The notes under the pieces were generated by a model. That model saw nothing but the letters and a program-made list of their open reading frames with translations, did not search any database and was not told the DNA's origin. Below are positions 29,745 through 37,711 of a stretch of 64,000 bases of DNA, one piece after another. Every line of letters starts with the position of its first letter. Positions within the stretch are counted from its first letter, which is position 1. Source of the DNA: Nitrospirota bacterium. Lineage in GTDB: Bacteria; Nitrospirota; UBA9217. The position numbers and the translations under genes are program-made. The stretch covers positions 576,001 to 640,000 of the forward strand of contig CAWBNQ010000003.1 of assembly GCA_963790205.1 (NCBI GenBank), written 5' to 3'.

Positions 29745-31394
29745 ATGTCAGACGCTATTCAACTGAAAAAAAAGTTTAATCGGCTAGTAAGAAGAGGAAT
29801 TCTGACCGATGGTGAATTAGAGGGCGCTGTAAAAGAATCAAAAACCTCTGGTAAATATCCTGAGGATTGGTTCATAGAAATAGGCGTGCCCAAGCACGAG
29901 ATCCTTTTCTGCCTGTCCGAACACTACGGGCTACCCTTCGTAGAATATGATGAAAGCGTTATTGCCGCTTATCTCCTGATCATCCGTTTGGACATGGAGA
30001 AACTGAAACAGGCTCTCTGGTTTCCGCGATCGGTCAGTCAGGACCGGGCCGAAGTGATCGCATACCGCCCCGACGATCCCCAGGTAGTCGGCGATATAAA
30101 AAAGACCTTGGGCGTTCACCATATCGATTTTATTGTTGCCCTTCCTGCTGACATCGTCCGCATCATCGAGCACAATTTTGACGTTAATCCCTCGTTTTCC
30201 TTCTCAGGGGGAAGAACGCCCCTTGCGCGAGTGAGGACTTATTTCGCTTACCGGCGGTCGACCTATGCTCATTATAGGACGTTATATGCCAAGGGAAGGA
30301 CCGGCCTTGCGTTTATCAGGACCGGTGTTTCCTTCATCGTTATTGCGCTTTTGTTCCTGAGAGTGTTTGGCATAGGAGCTTTGACCGTCATGGAGGCGCC
30401 GCTCCTTATCGTCGGCGTTATCATGCTCTATGACGGGCTTAAATGGTATTTCCCTGCGCGAAGAATAGCGAAAAAACCGATCATTTCCACGTGCACCGAG
30501 CCTTCCTGGGGAGCCTGCGTGCTGGAGGAGTCGATGTCCGAAAAAGGGGCCCCTATTTTCAACCGCGGCGGCATGGTCAAGGGCGCAGAAGCGCTCCGGG
30601 CGGGGTGGGAGTATCTTTCTCCGGTCATGCGGCGCAGGTTTCTTGCTTCCGACAGAACGGACATGGCAGAGGAACGGACCGCTCTGGCGGGCCACAGGAC
30701 CAAACTGGCGCGTGCCCGGACAGGGCTTGCCTTTACGCGGACGGGAATTGCCTTCATCGGCCTGGGCGTTGGTTTGTTCCGGCAATTTCACGCCAGCAAG
30801 TGGACGCTTCTCGACCTATCGCTCGTCGTTACAGGGCTGTTGATGTCTGCGGAAGGTTTCTACTGGTATTTGGCCGGAAGACGGTCCGGCATAGAAAGCT
30901 TTAAATCTGTGATCAACGCGGTTAATAAAGAAAGCATCTGGGACAGGGTATTCCCGCTCCGGCATAACCGTCAACAGGACAAGGCCGGTCCCCCGGTTCG
31001 CGCTTCTCATTTGCCGGGCATATGGGCCACTACCGGGCTCGCTCTCGAACGGACCGTTCTCGCGGACCGGCGATGCGTGATGGCCAGGCTGCGCTCGGTT
31101 ATGGCAGTCACGCGGACAGGCCTGGCATTTGTCCGGACGGGCATGAGTATTACTTCTGTTGGCGCGGGTCTCATGGTGTACTTCGGCACGGCATCGGCAG
31201 GCTGGACGCTCTTTAATGCGGTGATGATCTTCACCGGCCTTGCGTTGATTGCCGATGGGTACTATTGGATCGTTCCGACCGAAAAAATGAGAGCGCAATA
31301 CCCCTATTGTTACGGTGATATGGAGATAACCCTTCCCGATTACGGCGTACCGACGAACAAATGGGGAACGGTTTTTTTTAGTCAGTATGAATAA
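29745..31394 (+). CDS. GspE/MshE N-terminal-like domain fused to three DUF202 (YidH/Vtc1-like) units
   Basis: N-terminal LVRRGILTDGELEGA...LSEHYGLPFVEYD; three Arg-heptad runs, each ending RTGLAFxRTG followed by a TM hairpin. Confidence 0.75.
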   Translation: MSDAIQLKKKFNRLVRRGILTDGELEGAVKESKTSGKYPEDWFIEIGVPKHEILFCLSEHYGLPFVEYDESVIAAYLLIIRLDMEKLKQALWFPRSVSQDRAEVIAYRPDDPQVVGDIKKTLGVHHIDFIVALPADIVRIIEHNFDVNPSFSFSGGRTPLARVRTYFAYRRSTYAHYRTLYAKGRTGLAFIRTGVSFIVIALLFLRVFGIGALTVMEAPLLIVGVIMLYDGLKWYFPARRIAKKPIISTCTEPSWGACVLEESMSEKGAPIFNRGGMVKGAEALRAGWEYLSPVMRRRFLASDRTDMAEERTALAGHRTKLARARTGLAFTRTGIAFIGLGVGLFRQFHASKWTLLDLSLVVTGLLMSAEGFYWYLAGRRSGIESFKSVINAVNKESIWDRVFPLRHNRQQDKAGPPVRASHLPGIWATTGLALERTVLADRRCVMARLRSVMAVTRTGLAFVRTGMSITSVGAGLMVYFGTASAGWTLFNAVMIFTGLALIADGYYWIVPTEKMRAQYPYCYGDMEITLPDYGVPTNKWGTVFFSQYE

Positions 31395-32637
31395 TGAACT
31401 TTTGAACATGAATAATAAAGATCTGACCAATGCCCACGTGCGGAGAGGCCCGGAGTTATCCTTCCTCGTTGAGCGCGGGTTTTTAGACCGACAAGCGCTT
31501 GAGGAGGCGTCATTCGTCGCCCGGGCGCGGGGGATTGACCTCGAGAAGCTTCTGCTTGCGGAATACGGCGTGCCCAAGCTCCGGCTGCTTGAGGCCCTTG
31601 CCGCGTATTATCAATGCTCATTCATTGAATATGATGAACGTCTCCCCATCCCGTCCGAGCTTCTGACCGGTCTCAGCGCTGATGCGCTTTCAACGAACCA
31701 ATGGATGCCCGTCATCAAAGAAAGCACCGGCACGGTGGTCATCGCGGCGAGAAACCCTGATAGCCCCGCCATGAGGGAAGATGTAAAAAAATACGTAAAG
31801 GCCGAGCGATATGAGTTCCGGGTCACCCTTGATTTCGATATACAGTGGTTTATTCAGGATTATCTTCATGCCAAGCCGGGTTTATTGATAGGTACGGAAC
31901 GGACGGGACTCGCGTACTGGCGCAATACCATGGCCCATTGGAGGACGAGGCTCGCCTGTTACCGGACCGACCTCGCGAGCGCCCGGACCGGTCTTGCCTT
32001 CCTGAGATGGGGCTTAGGCACGATTGCGCTCTCCAATACCCTGCTTCAGACAAAAAACGTGAGCAATTCCCCCTCCCTGTATTTCTCGGTGCTGGCCGTC
32101 GGGATCGTCATTTCCTTTTACGGTCTTCCCACCTATCTGAATGTGCGGAAATCCCGAATGACGCCCCCCGGCCACCAGACGCTGGTGGAGGTTACGGCGG
32201 CCACCATTCAATTCCTCGAAAATTATCATTTTCTGGAAAACACCGGGATTGAACGCCAAACACAGGGCACGATGCTCGCCAGGATGGGAGATTATCTATC
32301 AGACCACAGCACGTATCTTTATCCGTCTCCCTCGAGCAAAGTGCGCACCGTGTTCGCCCGTGAACGAAATGTCCTGGCGGCCCAACGGACGATAGCGGCG
32401 TGTTACCGCACGATCTATGCTCGTGCGAGGACCGGGCTTGCCTTTATCCGCACCGGAATTTCCTTCTTGAGCATAGGGGTGGGCATTATCAGCTATTTCG
32501 GTTTTGGCTGGCTTACGTCGTTCAATCTCTGGCTTATTGCCGCGGGGCTTTTGATGGTGATAGACGGGGCACTGTGGTACTGGCCCGTGCGGAAGGAACA
32601 GGCTGAGATCCCGAGAGGGATTGCCTATCCGGAGTGA
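31387..32637 (+). CDS. GspE/MshE N-terminal-like domain fused to two DUF202 units
   Basis: LVERGFLDRQALEEA...YQCSFIEYDE; two RTGLAFxR(T/W)G plus TM hairpin units; 8-bp overlap with upstream paralog. Confidence 0.75.
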   Translation: MNNELLNMNNKDLTNAHVRRGPELSFLVERGFLDRQALEEASFVARARGIDLEKLLLAEYGVPKLRLLEALAAYYQCSFIEYDERLPIPSELLTGLSADALSTNQWMPVIKESTGTVVIAARNPDSPAMREDVKKYVKAERYEFRVTLDFDIQWFIQDYLHAKPGLLIGTERTGLAYWRNTMAHWRTRLACYRTDLASARTGLAFLRWGLGTIALSNTLLQTKNVSNSPSLYFSVLAVGIVISFYGLPTYLNVRKSRMTPPGHQTLVEVTAATIQFLENYHFLENTGIERQTQGTMLARMGDYLSDHSTYLYPSPSSKVRTVFARERNVLAAQRTIAACYRTIYARARTGLAFIRTGISFLSIGVGIISYFGFGWLTSFNLWLIAAGLLMVIDGALWYWPVRKEQAEIPRGIAYPE

Positions 32638-32697
32638 CCGGCGGGACACGAGTGTGCCGGCGGTATCGGCATCGAGTTTTCATAAGTAGGGGCACTA

Positions 32698-33129
32698 ATG
32701 CATATCCATATACATTCACTCATATATTATGCCAGACAAGCCAGACTGCTGGGCAGTAGTATGCGTTTCCTCGGTGCGATGCTGCTCATGCTGTTGCTCG
32801 GCCTGCTCCAGCTTGTCAGCGCCAGACCGGCATCGTCCCTGCTCACGGCAAAGGAGGACCACCGTGCCACCATCGATTTTTTCTGTCACGTCAGCGCGGT
32901 GAACATACTCGGGACGTTTGACCCGGCCATGGATCCGAGATTCTGCGGGCAGGATCGAACGGATCCGGGCCCTCCGGATGCAATGAATGAGAACACGTAT
33001 GCAAGCGTTTTCCATCGGCTCAAGCCGGGAATCGTCCTCGTTCCACGGATGAACCGGACCCCGAAACCGAAAAGCGTGTATCGGTTTTTTGCAAGGGCGC
33101 CCGGCACCGGGAATTGTTGTGAAGTGTGA
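32698..33129 (+). pseudogene. truncated diverged duplicate of the TIGR02186 gene 5' end
   Basis: MHIHIHSLIYYAR...ARPASSLLTAKEDH.ATIDFFCH aligns with the N-terminus of the 27007 ORF; same CACTAATGCATATCCAT junction. Confidence 0.7.
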
Positions 33130-33194
33130 TACTTGAGTAGTTTCATTAAATGGTTTATAATATTAGTATATTTAAGAGAGGAGATGTTGCTATT

Positions 33195-34709
33195 ATGAAG
33201 AAGTTTTTGCAGTTTCCCCATCCGTTTTTTTCCGCACGCCCAACGTGGAAGTGGTTTATTTTGATCAACGTTCTTATCGGCGCGACCATGTCGGCCTTGG
33301 ACGTCAGCATTGTCAACGTTGCCATGCCGACCCTGAAGAGTGAGTTCGGGGTTTCCATGTCCCTTATCGAGTGGGTGGCAATGTCGTACATGCTCACGTT
33401 GACCATTTTTCTTCCCTTTTTCGGAAGACTCGCCGACATGTTCGGCAGGTCCAGGCTCTACAATGCCGGTTTTGTCGTGTTCACCGTAGGGTCGCTGTTC
33501 TGCGGCATGTCGACGTCCGCTGTGATGCTCATTGCCGCACGCGTCATCCAGGCAGTCGGCGCAGGGCTCCTGCAGGCGAACTCCGTTGCGCTGATCACGC
33601 AGGCCTTCCCGGGGAACGAGCGGGGCAAGGCCATCGGCATACAGGGCGCTGTCCAGGCGATTGCCATGGCCGTTGGTCCTTTCGTAGGAGGCGTGTTGAT
33701 CGCCACGATCGGCTGGCGTTCCGTGTTTTATATCAATATTCCGATCGGCATTGTCGGCACGATCGCTGCCTTGTATATTCTGCCGCCCAATGAAAAATCG
33801 GGGAAAAAGGAGTCAATCGACTACCTCGGCACGGTGTTTTTCGCTTCGGGTCTTGCATTTCTCGTCCTGGCGTTCAATGAAGTAGTCAATCTTGGATGGG
33901 GTTCGATGACCATCATGGTTTACTTCTTTAATGCCTGTATCCTGCTCGGCTTGTTCGTGCTTACGGAACTCCGTGTCAAGCATCCGTTGATCGATTTGAA
34001 ACTGTTCAAGAACAGCACGTTCCTGATCGGCAACCTGACCGGCATGATGTCCTATTATGTACTTTTTGCCGTCCTGTTCCTGATGCCGTTTTACCTTGAG
34101 AAGGTGCTCAACTACAGCCCTGCGCTTACGGGCAGCCTGCTCACCCCTATTCCTCTCGCCATGGCGATCGTTGCGCCCTTCTCTGGCCATATTTCTGACA
34201 AGTACGGTGCGAGGATCATGACGGCGAGCGGGATGTTCGTGGCCGCGCTCGCCTGTTTTTCCCTCATGTTCCTGGGAGCTCAGGCACACCTGCCGCTGCT
34301 GATCGGTGAACTAATACTGCTGGGCATCGGCATGGGCATGTTCACTCCGCCGAACAACAGCGCAATCATGGGATCCGCTCCCAGAGAAAAACTCGGGCTG
34401 GCCGGCGGCGTTTTGAATATGATGAGGTCCCTTGGCCTGATCTTCGGTGTGGACATCTCCGGCTTGATCTTCACCAAACTGGAACACAGATATCTTGCTG
34501 ATAAGGGGTATGGGGATGTTCGGCACGTCTTCAGCAACAACGCCATCCCGCTTGACATGAAAGACCACGCTTTTATGAGGGGCTTTATCGTTGTGATGGG
34601 CGTGCTTTTGGTCCTGAATGTGGTTGCCGCAGTGCTTTCAACCGCCAAGAAGGAAGCCAAGGTGGACGCCGAAGCAGCGGAGGCAGCCAAAGAATTCGCG
34701 GAAGTCTAG
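33195..34709 (+). CDS. DHA2 family MFS efflux transporter
   Basis: about 14 TM; SALDVSIVNVAMP, GRLADMFGR and WRSVFYINIPIG motifs. Confidence 0.9.
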   Translation: MKKFLQFPHPFFSARPTWKWFILINVLIGATMSALDVSIVNVAMPTLKSEFGVSMSLIEWVAMSYMLTLTIFLPFFGRLADMFGRSRLYNAGFVVFTVGSLFCGMSTSAVMLIAARVIQAVGAGLLQANSVALITQAFPGNERGKAIGIQGAVQAIAMAVGPFVGGVLIATIGWRSVFYINIPIGIVGTIAALYILPPNEKSGKKESIDYLGTVFFASGLAFLVLAFNEVVNLGWGSMTIMVYFFNACILLGLFVLTELRVKHPLIDLKLFKNSTFLIGNLTGMMSYYVLFAVLFLMPFYLEKVLNYSPALTGSLLTPIPLAMAIVAPFSGHISDKYGARIMTASGMFVAALACFSLMFLGAQAHLPLLIGELILLGIGMGMFTPPNNSAIMGSAPREKLGLAGGVLNMMRSLGLIFGVDISGLIFTKLEHRYLADKGYGDVRHVFSNNAIPLDMKDHAFMRGFIVVMGVLLVLNVVAAVLSTAKKEAKVDAEAAEAAKEFAEV

Positions 34710-34735
34710 TCGTTCAGTATATATGTGGCATGTGG

Positions 34736-34776
34736 ACCTGCCCCCGGAGCTTAGAAAAATCCGGGGGCGGGTTTTT
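34736..34776 (+). terminator. intrinsic terminator
   Basis: ACCTGCCCCCGGA / TCCGGGGGCGGGT stem plus TTTT. Confidence 0.75.
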
Positions 34777-34847
34777 CATGCGCTCTACGCTGAACTGCGC
34801 GTTCTAGAAACGACTTCTTTTTCCACGGAGCTTTTTATCGTACTATC

Positions 34848-35381
34848 ATGAAATGCTCAACGGTACAGATTTCTGCGTCTTGTATCAGTCAACTCGATGA
34901 CAGCCGGATTGCGGTTACCGTCCCTAAAGAGGATATTCGGCGGATCAAGTTGGCCTATGATCCGGAATCACGCCACCCCTTTCTGCGGTTTCTCGCCGGC
35001 TTCGGTCTGGTCGTCGCCGGTCTCATTATGATCATTGCGGATTACATCATAGTGGAAGTTGGCATATTCCGCATTCATATAGCATCCCATACGTTCAGCA
35101 TTCCTGTCGCCACGATAAGCCTGTGGCTCGGGGTCGGCGCAGGTTTGTGGATCTTGATCGGGGTCTTTCGGGGCAGATACAATCTGTTGATCAACACCGG
35201 ACAGGGATTCCGCAAAATATTCTTTGCGGCGTCGACTGATATCAGGGAAATCCAACGCTTCGTCGGGAGAGCGAACCGGGAATTGGGATATGACATTGAT
35301 ATGTCCATTATGGACACCATGTATATAGCACCTGCCCCCGCTGACGATCGAACAGACAGTAAATCCCCTGACGTAATCTGA
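34848..35381 (+). CDS. hypothetical membrane protein (2 TM)
   Basis: ORF with two hydrophobic segments. Confidence 0.55.
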   Translation: MKCSTVQISASCISQLDDSRIAVTVPKEDIRRIKLAYDPESRHPFLRFLAGFGLVVAGLIMIIADYIIVEVGIFRIHIASHTFSIPVATISLWLGVGAGLWILIGVFRGRYNLLINTGQGFRKIFFAASTDIREIQRFVGRANRELGYDIDMSIMDTMYIAPAPADDRTDSKSPDVI

Positions 35382-35573
35382 TCCGTCCAGCCCTTCAAGG
35401 TCGCGCTCAACTCCTTCAAAAAAAATCCTCCTGACCGGGCATCTTCATTGTTTTCTCCATTGACGGATTCAACGAAACGCGGGACTCTTGCGGTCAGAGT
35501 TCCGAAAGCGGAGTGACGACCCGCATGTTACCGCTGGCAATGAGGTGACGTAATAGAGTATAATAAGCACTAG

Positions 35574-36971
35574 ATGAAGATAGAACGCAAACTCATACTC
35601 TCGAACATCATCAACGGCGCCTTCATCATCCTGATCGGCTTTTTCGCCTTTCAGAACCTGAACCTCGTGCTGACCAAGCTCAGGTTCGTGGAGATCGCAG
35701 ACGACCTGAACGCCTCCTTTCTCGAGATGAGGCTTTCGGAAAAGAACTATTTTCTCTACAAGGACAAACAGGCCCTCGTTCAGATCCAAAGCAATCTCGA
35801 GAAGACCATGGAAACCATCGAGGGCGTGCGCGGCGACATCACACGGGCCATCGGAGAAACGGACCTCAAGGACCTCGTTGCGCACCTTCAGGCTTATGCA
35901 GCGGTCGTGGAAGAGGCCCGGACCGGCAGCCCCGCTGACGCGAAACTGGAGGCGCAGCTCAGGGCCGAAGGGAAGGGACTGAAGGAATTTTCCGATTCCA
36001 TCACGCACCTGGAGCGGAAACGCGTCAACGATATCATCCTGAGCTCGAAATGGATCCTGATCTTTTCCTTCTGGGTCATTCTGGCTTCCGCGCTCTTTAT
36101 CGGGCACTTTATCTCTCAGAAGATACTCAGGTCTCTGCGGGAGATCGAGAAGCTGACCAAGTCCATCGCGGAGGGAAATTTCCACCGGATAGAGGGCTTT
36201 CGGTCGAACGATGAGCTCGGCGCCGTCATCACGGCGATCAACTCCATGTCCGAGGAACTGGGTCTTCGCGAGGAGGAGCTCATCCAGTCCAAAAAGCTCG
36301 CCTCCCTCGGCATTCTTACCGCGGGCGTGGCACATGAGCTCACCAATCCCCTCAATAATATTTCCATGATCGCCCAGACCTATGCGGAACTGTACCGGAA
36401 CCTCGGCGAGCAGGACCGGATAGAGTTCATGCAGAAGGTCGAGGGGGAGACGGAGCGGATCCGGCAGATCGTCAAGAACCTGCTGGACTTTTCCAAGCCG
36501 AAAGACGCACAGCCGGTGGAGGCGGATATCAACGCCGTTATCCAGAAGACGCTCACCCTCGTCCAGAACATGATCGACGTATCGAACATCGAGACCACGG
36601 TGCATCTGGGCGACGGGCTGCCGCACGTTTTCATCGATGAGCACCAGATGCAGCAGGTGCTGGTGAACCTCGTAACGAACGCCGTCCAGGCCACGGCAGC
36701 CGGAGGCAGGATCGTCATCTCGTCGAGGCCGGGGAAGAACAACGGATCCGTCGAGATCAGCGTGGCGGACACGGGTAAGGGCATCCCGCCCGAGTTTTTG
36801 CCCCATATCTTCGATCCCTTTTTCAGCACCAAGGGCGACGGGGGAACGGGCCTCGGACTTTCCGTAAGCTACGGCATCATTAAGAACCATCACGGCGAGA
36901 TCAGGGTTGAGAGCAAGGTGGGGGTGGGGACGACCTTCACCATCCAACTGCCGCGCCATGTTATTAAGTAA
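35574..36971 (+). CDS. HAMP-domain sensor histidine kinase (NtrB-like)
   Basis: GVAHELTNPL H-box; N, G1, F and G2 boxes (DTGKGI, FDPFFSTK, GTGLGL). Confidence 0.93.
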   Translation: MKIERKLILSNIINGAFIILIGFFAFQNLNLVLTKLRFVEIADDLNASFLEMRLSEKNYFLYKDKQALVQIQSNLEKTMETIEGVRGDITRAIGETDLKDLVAHLQAYAAVVEEARTGSPADAKLEAQLRAEGKGLKEFSDSITHLERKRVNDIILSSKWILIFSFWVILASALFIGHFISQKILRSLREIEKLTKSIAEGNFHRIEGFRSNDELGAVITAINSMSEELGLREEELIQSKKLASLGILTAGVAHELTNPLNNISMIAQTYAELYRNLGEQDRIEFMQKVEGETERIRQIVKNLLDFSKPKDAQPVEADINAVIQKTLTLVQNMIDVSNIETTVHLGDGLPHVFIDEHQMQQVLVNLVTNAVQATAAGGRIVISSRPGKNNGSVEISVADTGKGIPPEFLPHIFDPFFSTKGDGGTGLGLSVSYGIIKNHHGEIRVESKVGVGTTFTIQLPRHVIK

Positions 36972-37179
36972 GCGCCGGAGCTCAAGCACCACGCCACGAA
37001 TAAGCTCCAAACGCCAAGAACTAAATTCGGAACGTGTTGGACATTGGCGCTTAAAATTTGGATAGTAGGCGGTATTTGTTGTTTGTAATTTGAGATACGC
37101 ACGTTCTCGTGGCGCCGCGATGATTGCGGGATCCGAAAAAACAGAAATAAATCAACAACACACTGCAAGGAGAAAAAAT

Positions 37180-37551
37180 ATGGCAACGAGCAGGATCATG
37201 GTAATAGACGACGAAAAGATCGTGGGCGACATGGCGAAGCTGTCGCTCGAGCAGGACGGCTACGCAGTCGAGACCTTTCTGAACGCCGAGCCTGCGCTCA
37301 AGCGGCTGCAGGAGGAACAGTTCGACGTCGTGGTGACCGACTACAAGATGAAGGGCATCGATGGGATGGAGGTGTTGAAGACCGTCAAAGAGCATTATCC
37401 GAAGACCCAGGTCATCATGATCACAGCCTTCGCCAACCTCGACGCCGCCATCGAGGCGCTCCGGCGGGACGTGCACGACTTTTTCCCCAAGCCGGTCAAG
37501 ATTAAGGAACTGAAGGCGTCCATCAAGCGGGCGCTGGAAAAACAGGCGTGA
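37180..37551 (+). CDS. single-domain response regulator
   Basis: VIDDE, VVTDYKM, ITAF and KP receiver motifs; AAGGAG RBS. Confidence 0.92.
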   Translation: MATSRIMVIDDEKIVGDMAKLSLEQDGYAVETFLNAEPALKRLQEEQFDVVVTDYKMKGIDGMEVLKTVKEHYPKTQVIMITAFANLDAAIEALRRDVHDFFPKPVKIKELKASIKRALEKQA

Positions 37552-37711
37552 TGAGGGAATGATAAATCCCAAACAGCAAATCATAGATTACAAATCTTTT
37601 CTAATTTTCAGGAGCATAATGGCCAAAGCCTTTTAAATTTGGATCTTGGCGCTTATTTGATATTTGGCGCATGCGATTCGGGCATTTTCGATTGTCCACA
37701 GGAATGCATAG

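Noticed and set aside
29745..32637. type II secretion or pilus ATPases (GspE/PilB)
   Set aside because: Only the N-terminal domain is present; no Walker motifs and no secretion genes nearby.
35469..37010. long antisense ORFs (also 58932-60737, 55430-56791, 18563-19459)
   Set aside because: Shadow frames of well-supported GC-rich genes on the opposite strand, with no recognisable motifs.
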